Part shown: positions 25,590-39,792 of the stretch, in pieces | Position numbering within the stretch: the first letter of the stretch is position 1 | Layout of the letters: each line of letters opens with the position of its first letter | Source of the DNA: Octopus vulgaris | Lineage: Eukaryota | Assembly (NCBI GenBank): GCA_951406725.2 | Contig: OX597839.1 | Location: forward strand, 19,282,001-19,346,000 | Reading direction: 5' to 3' | Length of the DNA stretch: 64,000 bases | Program-made: the position numbers and the translations under genes | Notes under the pieces: generated by a model | Database searches by the model: none | Told to the model about the DNA's origin: nothing | Seen by the model: only the letters and a program-made list of their open reading frames with translations

Positions 25590-26073
25590 TTGTCTTGAGG
25601 GGAGGGTGTCGGTAGTTACTATCGATTCTATTGAATAGATTGCTATTTAATTTCATTGATAGCCAGATTATCTGTGAGATTTGAACTTGATATCTGAGGA
25701 GAAGGAACAAATGACGCAAAGCATTTTCCCGTTACTTTAACCAGTTCCTCCCCTTCGCCAGCTTATATACGAGGATGAAAAGTCGACCACGGCGGAATTT
25801 GAATTTAGGACGTGAAGACAGACGAAATATCGCTAAGAATCTCGCCCGGCGTGCTTAACGATTCTTCCAGCTCGCCGTCTTAAATAAATTTTTTTTCGGT
25901 GACGGGAAGGGAGGCAGTCGATTAAATCGACACAGTAGGTAACTGGTACTTAATTTATCGACCCCCGTAAGGTAAAGTCGACCTCGGCGGAATTTGAACT
26001 CAGAACGTAATGACAGACGAAATACCGGAAAACATTTCACCTGGCGTGCTAACGTTTCTGCCAGCTTGCCGTC

Positions 26074-26129
<56 letters not shown>

Positions 26130-26210
26130 TTCTACTATAGGCACAAGACCTGAAATTTGCGGGGGGGGGGGACTACTCGATTACATCGACCCCAATACTT
26201 GACTGGTACT
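25590..26210 (-). mobile_element. Cluster of degenerate SINE family A pieces with an (AAT)n tract at 26075-26128
   Basis: Repeated GTCGACC.CGGCGGAATTTGAA and CTGGTACTTAATTTATCGACCCC. Confidence 0.8.
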
Positions 26211-26325
26211 AACGTTTCATTCTCACTGCCTGGCACCTTGCGCTCATCTTAAATACAACTCCAACGCAACCAAAGCTTCCTAAATGAATTTTGTAGACAA
26301 ACTAAAAAAGACCCATCGTATGTGA

Positions 26326-26363
<38 letters not shown>

Positions 26364-27216
26364 CCCACACACATATATATGTATATATACACACATACAT
26401 ATATACATACATCAAACACACACATCTTTATATATGCCCATACATACACGCACACACACATATATATATATAAACGCACACGAGATGTGAGAGTGATGAT
26501 TCGTTACACACACACACACACCATACTGTCATGTGTTCCTATGTATAACGAACACATCCATTCATTTCTCTGAAAAATCAATCGATTAATCAATCTAGTT
26601 ATACTTCACTATAATCCTCTCTCTCTCTCTCTCTCCCACACTTTTATATACACAAACGTATACACACATGTATATACACAAGCGTACATGCATGGACAGA
26701 CACATACATACATACAAACATGCACACACACGCATAGATGTGTGCATATATTTATCGAGAACCGCTCATAGTATTACATATACGGACATCCTCATTTTTC
26801 TTCATCACGCCTCTACACACACATTCTGTCATCAGGTATTGAACTATGTATACAATACAATAATGTATATGCATGAACAAAGATGCCGAAGAACACAATG
26901 AATTCTGTAGCAGAATTGCGACAATGGTATCGGAATTTAAATAAACATAGAAATTATAGTTGAATATGTCAAAATTGAATTATCATGTAGAGGCAGGGAA
27001 ATCAACGTGAATATGTAATGTACTCGGTATCATACACGAAGTCATATGATACATACATACATACATACATACATACATTATATATATATATATATATATA
27101 TATTGGATATATGAATATGTATATGAGATATGTATATGAGAGTGTGTGTATGTATATATATATATATATCCATCGATAAATACATACATACACACGTGTA
27201 TGTATTTATCTATATA

Positions 27217-27249
<33 letters not shown>

Positions 27250-27306
27250 CCATCGATAAATACATACATACACACGTGTATGTATTTATCTATATATATA
27301 TGTGTG

Positions 27307-27347
<41 letters not shown>

Positions 27348-27492
27348 ATCGATAAATACATACATACACACGTGTATGTATTTATCTATATATATGTGTG
27401 TGTATATATATATATAAATACGTATATTCACAAACAATCTCACATTAAGATATACATGTATGTATATCTCAATAGCGTTATGCACCACGCGC

Positions 27493-27969
27493 CTGGTTAA
27501 CATGGGTATATTATTTAATAAATTTATTATGAAAACGATTAATCTACTTTGGGACTCTAAACATCCTCCTCAGGGTAGAAGTGTGGAATTGACTGATGTT
27601 TTACGACCGATTCTTGCTATCATCACGTATCGGTCTAACATTATCGTTTGGTGGATATCAGCGCGGATCAACAACTGATGATTCGTTGAAGTTATATAGA
27701 AGTTCATCGGTTTTTTTTTAGATTCAATGGTCCGATGGTACTTCTGGCTGAGGAGTCACAAGGCTTTAGAAACCCCCGTGTCCCAAATTCCCTTGTGTTG
27801 ATGAAATCGAGTGGGGTATGAACCCACGTTCGTCGTAAAGAAACTGTTCTCCTGCGATGATCACAGCAGCGATTAGCGTATTTGCGTTCGAAACTGCCTG
27901 AACGCATTACGAATCATTCTGATATAATTCATTACATCAACAGCCATATACGTCCATGTAGTTAACCAG
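27493..27969 (-). pseudogene. Possible highly decayed PIF/Harbinger transposase fragment (duplicate at ~33956-34433)
   Basis: Minus-strand pieces RRTWVH..REFG, LLIRADIHQT and MFRVPK occur in the order expected for the Harbinger N-terminal region, with frameshifts and stops; short inverted ends CTGGTTAACATGG / CCATGTAGTTAACCAG. Confidence 0.3.
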
Positions 27970-28400
27970 CTACATTCTGTTGCCCGTTGGTGAAGGGGAC
28001 AGAGGCCCCTCGTAGAATTCACGTATAGACTAGAATTCATGTAAAATATTTGTAAGATGATTTTTGTACGGAATACATCGTTGTCTTTCAAATTCATTTA
28101 ATTTGTCTTACGGTCGAATGCCATAGACCTTATGTTCTGTAAAAGTGATAAACTACAAATTTTCAATACAATTTAGAGCGAGTACAGTGAATTACGTTTT
28201 GTATACGAATACGTTTATGTATACAATGCAATGGAAGATATTCAATAGAAAAATATTTAATGGGTGTATATACATATTTCAAGAATTATTACTCTTTCAT
28301 CAGCACCAATTCCAACCCTCAGCTATTCACGAACGCAAAGCTTACACACACACACCTCTGTCTGTTTATCTATACGAAGTGATGGATAGATACATATGTT

Positions 28401-28440
<40 letters not shown>

Positions 28441-28496
28441 AGTGAGCGTGTGTGTGTGTACTCATACATACACATATGTGCGAGCGTGCAGATATA

Positions 28497-29322
28497 CAGG
28501 GTGCGGTGAATAAGTTGTCTAAATTACACAAAAATGATAGTAATACTGACATCTCATTTTAACAGATATGTTTACCAAAATTACATTAAAATATCTTGAA
28601 ATACTAAAGAGCAAATTTATTCAAGAAAATCGCCATTGGCTTCAACCACGGCCTTCAGATGACATCTTCTGGACAGTCTCCTTGTTTAAGTTGGTGAATG
28701 CTACCATAATCCTTGCCTTCAGTTCATCTTTGATGTTATAAGGAGTTTTGTTGGTCTCTCGCTCAACTGCGCCCCGCACATAATAATCAAGGGAGTTGCA
28801 GTGTGTGGAGTTAAGTGGCCAGATATTAGGGATGATGTAGTCGCAGAAATTGTCTGACAGCCATGACTGGGTTCTCCTGCTTGTGCAGAGTCATGTTGCC
28901 AGACATACGGTCTTCCAGCATCCACCCTCTTGAGCCAATGCAGCACTACCTTCTCCAGGCACTTGATGAAGGCTTGCGTGTTGTGTGTGAGGCCGTGTAG
29001 GAAGATAAATGGAGACTTAACGTCGCCATCACTAGTGATGACTCCAAATACCACGATGTTGACTGGATGTTTGATTTTTATCAGATTGACAGCCAAACAC
29101 TCTGAAATGTTCGTATTGAAGCTTCAGGCGCCAATGCCAAACAGTACAGCAGATCGTGTCCAAATTTCTGACAGAGTGAATTGCGTCATGGTACTATTTT
29201 TCTCACAGACGGTGCTCAACTGTCCCTACAATACTGCGTAGGTATCAAAATATAATTAAAAAACAGTGCGCATGCGCGAAATTTAAAATTTAAAATACCG
29301 ACAATTTACCCATAGCACCCTG
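28497..29322 (-). mobile_element. Internally deleted Tc1/mariner-superfamily (maT/DD37D-like) transposon with frameshifted transposase remnant
   Basis: TA-flanked TIRs CAGGGTGCGGTGAATAAGTTGTC vs rc CAGGGTGCTATGGGTAAATTGTC (18/23); KHPVNIVVFGVITSDG...GRPYVWQHDSA, then in another frame PNIWPLNSTHCNSLDYYVRGAVERETNKTP. Confidence 0.88.
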
Positions 29323-29904
29323 TATATAATCATGCTGACTATGAACCAATTCCTCTCAAACTATCTCCTTCATTTCTCCTCTCTCAAACTCTTTTTATCT
29401 TTATTCCTCTCCCTCCGTCTCTCTCACTAATCCACCTGTCTTTCTCTCTCTCCTTCATTCTATCTTTCTCACTCATATATCTTAATCCCCATATAACGCC
29501 TGTATAAACTACTTTCTTCAAGTTGCGAATCCTACACCCAAAAGGGTCGTTCATTTCTTCCTACCGAAATTTGTGTTGCAAAACGAAGCAATTAATTCAA
29601 TAGTTGCCAGTTCTTTATCAGTTTCTGAGAAAATGCACAAAGCTATCATAGGACTATCCATTACCGGTTCAACATGCTCAGACACACAACACAAACACTT
29701 TCTTTATCTAATAAACATAAAACAACGGCTTAAACTTACTAACTCACACACACACACACTAATACAACAATTCTATCATACATAAAAACATGCTCCACCC
29801 TACATACATACATACATACATATCTATAAATACATATATATATACATACATATATATATATATGCATACAATTATATATATATGTATATATATACATATA
29901 AGTG

Positions 29905-30029
<125 letters not shown>

Positions 30030-30035
30030 GCATAC

Positions 30036-30075
<40 letters not shown>

Positions 30076-30081
30076 GCATAC

Positions 30082-30144
<63 letters not shown>

Positions 30145-31016
30145 TGTATATATATATTTATATATACATACAAGCATATATATATATCTATGTATATATA
30201 TACATTTGCACATGTCTAAGTATATATATATATATGTACACACACACATATATAGACATAAATTTATTCGAGTGTATAATCATACAACTGTAGAAATGTG
30301 TGTATAGACACACGCAAGCACGCATATGTCTACAAAGAGAGAGAGGGGAAGAAAGAGAGAGAGAAAGAAAGAGAGAATGAAAGAAAGAAAGTGAAGAAGA
30401 AACACATATGCTACTTTTAAAATTTCTTCTTTAATCTTTTATACAACTTACAATCAATAAGGGCGAAATAATACGTATAAATATACAAAAAAACATGCAT
30501 GAAATACATGATAAATGATGGTATAAAATAAGGGCGTGTGATATCCGTACATGATATCTCCTGTTTTATTATCCTTCGGTAGATTGCTCGTTTTATCATG
30601 AGATTGATTGTTTTGGGGGATTTTTCTTCCTTTTTTTTTTTTTTTTTTTTTTGATACTCATTGAGTATAGAAAGAGTTCCAAAGAAAATGCTCTCACTGC
30701 ATGAAAGCAAATTATAAATAAATATAAATATATTTATGTAAATAAACAAAGGAGAGAGATAAACAAAGATATGAACACGATTGAATAAACAATTCTATTT
30801 ATCACTGGAATCTGTGTCTATTACATTCCACTTCCCCTTTCACTCACACTTTATATGTGTGTGTGTGTATATATGTGTGTATATGTATATATATGTGTGT
30901 GTGTGTATGTATATATATATATATGTATATATAGGTGTGTGTGTGTATATATATGTGTATATATGTGTGTGTATATATATGTATGTGTGTGTATATGTAT
31001 GTATGTATATATATGA

Positions 31017-31293
31017 CTGTGTGTTAAGTAGCTTGCTTACCAAGCACATGGTTCTGATTTCAGTCACACTGCCTGGCACCTTGCGCAAGTGTCTTCTACT
31101 ATAGACTCGGGCCGACTAAAGCCCTGGGTGGATTTGGTAGGGAAGGAAACTTATAGAAGCTTGTCGTATATATACGTGTGTGTGTGTTTGTCCCCACCCC
31201 ACCATCGATTGAGAACCGATGTTGGTGTGTTTACGTCCACGTAACTTAGCGTTTCGGCAATAGAGACGACAGAATAAGTAAGTATGCTTACAA
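31017..31293 (+). mobile_element. SINE family B, 3'-truncated (duplicate at 37488-37765)
   Basis: AAGTAGCTTGCTTACCAAGCACATGGTTC...GCAAGTGTCTTCTACTATAG...AGAATAAGTA. Confidence 0.85.
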
Positions 31294-31668
31294 AACGTTT
31301 CCGGACCATTTCTGCAACGCGCCAACAGATGGCAGCACACGGTTGCGTTCTCAGCCAGAGGTAGCAGTAACATTCACGAGGCAATGTCCCGAGAAACGTT
31401 GCTATGTTTACTGCGCAAGTAAATACACATGCATTTTTTGCTAGTGCACGTGATTCAGTAGCGAAAAGATCTAATAATGACATTTTGTTTTGTTTTTGTG
31501 GGTGGGGTAGGGTCGAAAATCTAGTTGTATGCGTTTAAAAACACTTTAAAACTGCGGCTATGACACTACCACCGTTGCATTTGTGTAGTTGTCTGACTTT
31601 AAAAAGAAGTTCCCTTAATGTCTTGCCCGGGGATAATAATGATTAATAAATGCATGTGGAGTAACATA

Positions 31669-32581
31669 TCTATATATATATATAAAAGTGAAGTTGTGTG
31701 AGTGTCTGTCTCCTACGATTTAGATTCCTAACTCCTCCCACATTTTGCGGTGCAGTTTAACCAAATTCGGGTATCTTATAGTCGTGATTCATATCGAGCC
31801 CGTCTGACTATTAGCGCGCGTCAACGATGAGTCTACGATTTTAAAAATAATTTAACATCATTTTTTATTCCATTTTAATGCATAAAATGCATCGTGTGTC
31901 GATGGCGGCGGAGTTGGCGTCCACGCTCACAGCTGCACCTGTTTGCTTCTCCCCCTTCTTCCCTCCCTCGTGAAGCTGTGGGGAAGGGAGTGTAAAGAAA
32001 TCAACGTCGTAATGCGTTGTCAAGGAGACCAGCGTTCTTTTAGAACAACGACTTCATGGCTTGAAGACACCAAAACAGAAATGGCTAAGAAAGTCTGAAT
32101 TGGCATCTATAAGGGAAGTAACTCTCTAAAAATGCTTATATAGTTATTTCCCTTACAAACCCGAGCAACGCCGGGCGATACTGCTAGTATATATATAAAA
32201 GTGAAGTTGTGTGAGTGTCTGTCACCTACGATTTAGATTCCTAACTACTCCCACATTTTGCGGTGCAGTTTAACCAAAACCGGGTATCTTATAGTCGTGA
32301 TTCATATCGAGCCCTTCTGGGTATTAGCGCGCGTCTACGATGAGTCTACGATTTTTAAAATAATTTACCATAATTTTTTTCCATTTTAAAGCATATTTTT
32401 TAAATAAAGGGAAGTAACTCTCTAAAAATGTCTACGATGAGTCAACGATTTAAAAAAAAATTTACCATAATTTTTTTTCCGTTTTTAATGCATTTTTTGC
32501 TGTTTTTTGGCTATAACTCTCTAAAAATGCTTTATAGTTATTTCCTTTACAAACCCGAGCAACGCCGGGCGATACTGCTAG
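31669..32581 (+). mobile_element. Non-autonomous Helitron, head-to-tail dimer (31669-32187 and 32188-32581)
   Basis: A|TC 5' end; both units end in subterminal hairpin CCCGAGCAACGCCGGG followed by CGATACTGCTAG|T; shared ~200-bp 5' region; no TSD. Confidence 0.85.
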
Positions 32582-32839
32582 TTGGGGTATAAAATTTGAA
32601 CTGGAACATATATATGTGAAGCCATACTCTGAAACTTTCCGAGCGAATGATTTATATCATTGGTAGAACTCCGTGCGGTATACTATATTAAATCTGGCAG
32701 AATCGTTAACATGAAGGTAAGATGCTTAGTGGCATTTCATCCGTCTTTAAGTTCTGCGTTCAAATTCCGCAGAAGTCGACCTTATCTTTCATCCTTCTGG
32801 GGTCGATAAAATAAGTACCAGTAGAAAACTGGGTCGATG

Positions 32840-32939
32840 NNNNNNNNNNNNNNNNNNNNNNNNNNNNNNNNNNNNNNNNNNNNNNNNNNNNNNNNNNNNN
32901 NNNNNNNNNNNNNNNNNNNNNNNNNNNNNNNNNNNNNNN
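32840..32939. other. Assembly gap (100 N)
   Basis: Run of exactly 100 n, typical of an unsized scaffold join. Confidence 0.99.
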
Positions 32940-33681
32940 ATAAACGCACACGAGATGTGAGAGTGATGATTCGTTACACACACACACACACACACACACC
33001 ATACTGTCATGTGTTCCTATGTATAACGAACACATCCATTCATTTCTCTGAAAAATCAATCGATTAATCAATCTAGTTATACTTCACTATAATCCTCTCT
33101 CTCTCTCTCTCTCCCACACTTTTATATACACAAACGTATACACACATGTATATACACAAGCGTACATGCATGGACAGACACATACATACATACAAACATG
33201 CACACACACGCATAGATGTGTGCATATATTTATCGAGAACCGCTCATAGTATTACATATACGGACATCCTCATTTTTCTTCATCACGCCTCTACACACAC
33301 ATTCTGTCATCAGGTATTGAACTATGTATACAATACAATAATGTATATGCATGAACAAAGATGCCGAAGAACACAATGAATTCTGTAGCAGAATTGCGAC
33401 AATGGTATCGGAATTTAAATAAACATAGAAATTATAGTTGAATATGTCAAAATTGAATTATCATGTAGAGGCAGGGAAATCAACGTGAATATGTAATGTA
33501 CTCGGTATCATACACGAAGTCATATGATACATACATACATACATACATACATACATTATATATATATATATATATATATATTGGATATATGAATATGTAT
33601 ATGAGAGTGTGTGTATGTATATATATATATATATCCATCGATAAATACATACATACACACGTGTATGTATTTATCTATATA

Positions 33682-33714
<33 letters not shown>

Positions 33715-33769
33715 CCATCGATAAATACATACATACACACGTGTATGTATTTATCTATATATATATGTG

Positions 33770-33810
<41 letters not shown>

Positions 33811-34864
33811 ATCGATAAATACATACATACACACGTGTATGTATTTATCTATATATATGTGTGTGTATATATATATATAAATACGTATATTCACAAACAA
33901 TCTCACATTAAGATATACATGTATGTATATCTCAATAGCGTTATGCACCACGCGCCTGGTTAACATGGGTATATTATTTAATAAATTTATTATGAAAACG
34001 ATTAATCTACTTTGGGACTCTAAACATCCTCCTCAGGGTAGAAGTGTGGAATTGACTGATGTTTTACGACCGATTCTTGCTATCATCACGTATCGGTCTA
34101 ACATTATCGTTTGGTGGATATCAGCGCGGATCAACAACTGATGATTCGTTGAAGTTATATAGAAGTTCATCGGTTTTTTTTTAGATTCAATGGTCCGATG
34201 GTACTTCTGGCTGAGGAGTCACAAGGCTTTAGAAACCCCCGTGTCCCAAATTCCCTTGTGTTGATGAAATCGAGTGGGGGTATGAACCCACGTTCGTCGT
34301 AAAGAAACTGTTCTCCTGCGATGATCACAGCAGCGATTAGCGTATTTGCGTTCGAAACTGCCTGAACGCATTACGAATCATTCTGATATAATTCATTACA
34401 TCAACAGCCATATACGTCCATGTAGTTAACTAGCTACATTCTGTTGCCCGTTGGTGAAGGGGACAGAGGCCCCTCGTAGAATTCACGTATAGACTAGAAT
34501 TCATGTAAAATATTTGTAAGATGATTTTTGTACGGAATACATCGTTGTCTTTCAAATTCATTTAATTTGTCTTACGGTCGAATGCCATAGACCTTATGTT
34601 CTGTAAAAGTGATAAACTACAAATTTTCAATACAATTTAGAGCGAGTACAGTGAATTACGTTTTGTATACGAATACGTTTATGTATACAATGCAATGGAA
34701 GATATTCAATAGAAAAATATTTAATGGGTGTATATACATATTTCAAGAATTATTACTCTTTCATCAGCACCAATTCCAACCCTCAGCTATTCACGAACGC
34801 AAAGCTTACACACACACACCTCTGTCTGTTTATCTATACGAAGTGATGGATAGATACATATGTT

Positions 34865-34902
<38 letters not shown>

Positions 34903-34958
34903 AGTGAGCGTGTGTGTGTGTACTCATACATACACATATGTGCGAGCGTGCAGATATA

Positions 34959-35784
34959 CAGGGTGCGGTGAATAAGTTGTCTAAATTACACAAAAATGAT
35001 AGTAATACTGACATCTCATTTTAACAGATATGTTTACCAAAATTACATTAAAATATCTTGAAATACTAAAGAGCAAATTTATTCAAGAAAATCGCCATTG
35101 GCTTCAACCACGGCCTTCAGATGACATCTTCTGGACAGTCTCCTTGTTTAAGTTGGTGAATGCTACCATAATCCTTGCCTTCAGTTCATCTTTGATGTTA
35201 TAAGGAGTTTTGTTGGTCTCTCGCTCAACTGCGCCCCGCACATAATAATCAAGGGAGTTGCAGTGTGTGGAGTTAAGTGGCCAGATATTAGGGATGATGT
35301 AGTCGCAGAAATTGTCTGACAGCCATGACTGGGTTCTCCTGCTTGTGCAGAGTCATGTTGCCAGACATACGGTCTTCCAGCATCCACCCTCTTGAGCCAA
35401 TGCAGCACTACCTTCTCCAGGCACTTGATGAAGGCTTGCGTGTTGTGTGTGAGGCCGTGTAGGAAGATAAATGGAGACTTAACGTCGCCATCACTAGTGA
35501 TGACTCCAAATACCACGATGTTGACTGGATGTTTGATTTTTATCAGATTGACAGCCAAACACTCTGAAATGTTCGTATTGAAGCTTCAGGCGCCAATGCC
35601 AAACAGTACAGCAGATCGTGTCCAAATTTCTGACAGAGTGAATTGCGTCATGGTACTATTTTTCTCACAGACGGTGCTCAACTGTCCCTACAATACTGCG
35701 TAGGTATCAAAATATAATTAAAAAACAGTGCGCATGCGCGAAATTTAAAATTTAAAATACCGACAATTTACCCATAGCACCCTG
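34959..35784 (-). mobile_element. Duplicate of the maT-like transposon remnant
   Basis: Same TIRs and identical ORF-track translation as 28497-29322. Confidence 0.88.
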
Positions 35785-36407
35785 TATATAATCATGCTGA
35801 CTATGAACCAATTCCTCTCAAACTATCTCCTTCATTTCTCCTCTCTCAAACTCTTTTTATCTTTATTCCTCTCCCTCCGTCTCTCTCACTAATCCACCTG
35901 TCTTTCTCTCTCTCCTTCATTCTATCTTTCTCACTCATATATCTTAATCCCCATATAACGCCTGTATAAACTACTTTCTTCAAGTTGCGAATCCTACACC
36001 CAAAAGGGTCGTTCATTTCTTCCTACCGAAATTTGTGTTGCAAAACGAAGCAATTAATTCAATAGTTGCCAGTTCTTTATCAGTTTCTGAGAAAATGCAC
36101 AAAGCTATCATAGGACTATCCATTACCGGTTCAACATGCTCAGACACACAACACAAACACTTTCTTTATCTAATAAACATAAAACAACGGCTTAAACTTA
36201 CTAACTCACACACACACACACTAATACAACAATTCTATCATACATAAAAACATGCTCCACCCTACATACATACATACATACATACATATCTATAAATACA
36301 TATATATATACATACATATATATATATATGCATACAATTATATATATATGTATATATGTATATAAAAGTGTATATATATATATACATATATATATATATA
36401 CATATAA

Positions 36408-36505
<98 letters not shown>

Positions 36506-36511
36506 GCATAC

Positions 36512-36552
<41 letters not shown>

Positions 36553-36556
36553 GCAT

Positions 36557-36620
<64 letters not shown>

Positions 36621-38140
36621 TGTATATATATATTTATATATACATACAAGCATATATATATATCTATGTATATATATACATTTGCACATGTCTAAGTATA
36701 TATATATATATGTACACACACACATATATAGACATAAATTTATTCGAGTGTATAATCATACAACTGTAGAAATGTGTGTATAGACACACGCAAGCACGCA
36801 TATGTCTACAAAGAGAGAGAGGGGAAGAAAGAGAGAGAGAAAGAAAGAGAGAATGAAAGAAAGAAAGTGAAGAAGAAACACATATGCTACTTTTAAAATT
36901 TCTTCTTTAATCTTTTATACAACTTACAATCAATAAGGGCGAAATAATACGTATAAATATACAAAAAAACATGCATGAAATACATGATAAATGATGGTAT
37001 AAAATAAGGGCGTGTGATATCCGTACATGATATCTCCTGTTTTATTATCCTTCGGTAGATTGCTCGTTTTATCATGAGATTGATTGTTTTGGGGGATTTT
37101 TCTTCCTTTTTTTTTTTTTTTTTGATACTCATTGAGTATAGAAAGAGTTCCAAAGAAAATGCTCTCACTGCATGAAAGCAAATTATAAATAAATATAAAT
37201 ATATTTATGTAAATAAACAAAGGAGAGAGATAAACAAAGATATGAACACGATTGAATAAACAATTCTATTTATCACTGGAATCTGTGTCTATTACATTCC
37301 ACTTCCCCTTTCACTCACACTTTATATGTGTGTGTGTGTATATATGTGTGTATATGTATATATATGTGTGTGTGTGTATGTATATATATATATATGTATA
37401 TATAGGTGTGTGTGTGTATATATATGTGTATATATGTGTGTGTATATATATGTATGTGTGTGTATATGTATGTATGTATATATATGACTGTGTGTTAAGT
37501 AGCTTGCTTACCAAGCACATGGTTCTGATTTCAGTCACACTGCCTGGCACCTTGCGCAAGTGTCTTCTACTATAGACTCGGGCCGACTAAAGCCCTGGGT
37601 GGATTTGGTAGGGAAGGAAACTTATAGAAGCTTGTCGTATATATACGTGTGTGTGTGTTTGTCCCCACCCCACCATCGATTGAGAACCGATGTTGGTGTG
37701 TTTACGTCCACGTAACTTAGCGTTTCGGCAATAGAGACGACAGAATAAGTAAGTATGCTTACAAAACGTTTCCGGACCATTTCTGCAACGCGCCAACAGA
37801 TGGCAGCACACGGTTGCGTTCTCAGCCAGAGGTAGCAGTAACATTCACGAGGCAATGTCCCGAGAAACGTTGCTATGTTTACTGCGCAAGTAAATACACA
37901 TGCATTTTTTGCTAGTGCACGTGATTCAGTAGCGAAAAGATCTAATAATGACATTTTGTTGTTTTTTTTGTGGGTGGGGTAGGGTCGAAAATCTAGTTGT
38001 ATGCGTTTAAAAACACTTTAAAACTGCGGCTATGACACTACCACCGTTGCATTTGTGTAGTTGTCTGACTTTAAAAAGAAGTTCCCTTAATGTCTTGCCC
38101 GGGGATAATAATGATTAATAAATGCATGTGGAGTAACATA

Positions 38141-39052
38141 TCTATATATATATATAAAAGTGAAGTTGTGTGAGTGTCTGTCTCCTACGATTTAGATTCC
38201 TAACTCCTCCCACATTTTGCGGTGCAGTTTAACCAAATTCGGGTATCTTATAGTCGTGATTCATATCGAGCCCGTCTGACTATTAGCGCGCGTCAACGAT
38301 GAGTCTACGATTTTAAAAATAATTTAACATCATTTTTTATTCCATTTTAATGCATAAAATGCATCGTGTGTCGATGGCGGCGGAGTTGGCGTCCACGCTC
38401 ACAGCTGCACCTGTTTGCTTCTCCCCCTTCTTCCCTCCCTCGTGAAGCTGTGGGGAAGGGAGTGTAAAGAAATCAACGTCGTAATGCGTTGTCAAGGAGA
38501 CCAGCGTTCTTTTAGAACAACGACTTCATGGCTTGAAGACACCAAAACAGAAATGGCTAAGAAAGTCTGAATTGGCATCTATAAGGGAAGTAACTCTCTA
38601 AAAATGCTTATATAGTTATTTCCCTTACAAACCCGAGCAACGCCGGGCGATACTGCTAGTATATATATAAAAGTGAAGTTGTGTGAGTGTCTGTCACCTA
38701 CGATTTAGATTCCTAACTACTCCCACATTTTGCGGTGCAGTTTAACCAAAACCGGGTATCTTATAGTCGTGATTCATATCGAGCCCTTCTGGGTATTAGC
38801 GCGCGTCTACGATGAGTCTACGATTTTTAAAATAATTTACCATAATTTGTTTCCATTTTAAAGCATATTTTTTAAATAAAGGGAAGTAACTCTCTAAAAA
38901 TGTCTACGATGAGTCAACGATTTAAAAAAAATTTACCATAATTTTTTTTCCGTTTTTAATGCATTTTTTGCTGTTTTTTGGCTATAACTCTCTAAAAATG
39001 CTTTATAGTTATTTCCTTTACAAACCCGAGCAACGCCGGGCGATACTGCTAG
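38141..39052 (+). mobile_element. Duplicate of the Helitron dimer
   Basis: Same termini; CTAG at 38656-38659 and 39049-39052. Confidence 0.85.
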
Positions 39053-39571
39053 TTGGGGTATAAAATTTGAACTGGAACATATATATGTGAAGCCATACTC
39101 TGAAACTTTCCGAGCGAATGATTTATATCATTGGTAGAACTCCGTGCGGTATACTATATTAAATCTGGCAGAATCGTTAACATGAAGGTAAGATGCTTAG
39201 TGGCATTTCATCCGTCTTTAAGTTCTGCGTTCAAATTCCGCAGAAGTCGACCTTATCTTTCATCCTTCTGGGGTCGATAAAATAAGTACCAGTAGAAAAC
39301 TGGGTCGATGTAATCGACTTATTTCTCCTTGAAATTTTGTTGTCGTTCCAAAATTTGAAACGAATATGTTGATTTTGTGTGACACATAATTTGCATCTTC
39401 TGGTGCCGTTGACATACTGACCGGTCAGCGACATCCAACAACTCAGATCTCCTTTTCGAGGATGAGCTTTTGGCCAGCTATACGTATATGTGACATGCAG
39501 CCCCATCCGAGATATGTTGTCATTCCTAACGTAGCAACGTAAGCAGAAAACTAATGCGATTTTCCTATGTC

Positions 39572-39792
39572 CCTATATAAATCCTTAAAATCCTTAAAAA
39601 TGTTTCAGCCCGGAGGCTGCGGCCATGCTGGGGCACCACCGTTGAATGAGCTTCACTAGTATGTGAATCCACCTCTGATACGTGGCACTTGGTCAACAAG
39701 GGAGTTAGATGCCGCTGCTCGCATCTGTGTCTCCTGCCGAGGGGTAGGTTCATCTCGGACCCCCAACAAGAAGAGATCCAGTTTAGTTTTAG
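39572..39792 (-). mobile_element. CR1-clade LINE 3' end (5'-truncated)
   Basis: Minus-strand KTKLDLFLLGVRDEPTPRQETQMRAAASNSLVDQVPRIRGGFTY* (stop 39658-39656) resembles the CR1 ORF2 C-terminus (LDxFLxxVPDxP...RAAxSNSL); short 3' UTR and (TTTTAAGGA)n-like tail. Confidence 0.75.

Larger units (their letters stand above)
32940..39310 (+). repeat. 6.4-kb segment, copy 2 (right of the gap)
   Basis: Starts at ATAAACGCACACGAGATG as at 26470; differs mainly in microsatellite lengths, a few SNPs and short indels; its terminal SINE continues normally past 39310. Confidence 0.95.

Noticed and set aside
27165-27400. Three copies of a GATAAATACATACA...TGTATGTATTTATC mini-hairpin
   Set aside because: Built largely from self-complementary microsatellite sequence and simply tandem-duplicated; no sign of function.
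28719-29096. Functional transposase gene
   Set aside because: Lacks the N-terminal DNA-binding region and first catalytic Asp region, and is frameshifted before the final motif.
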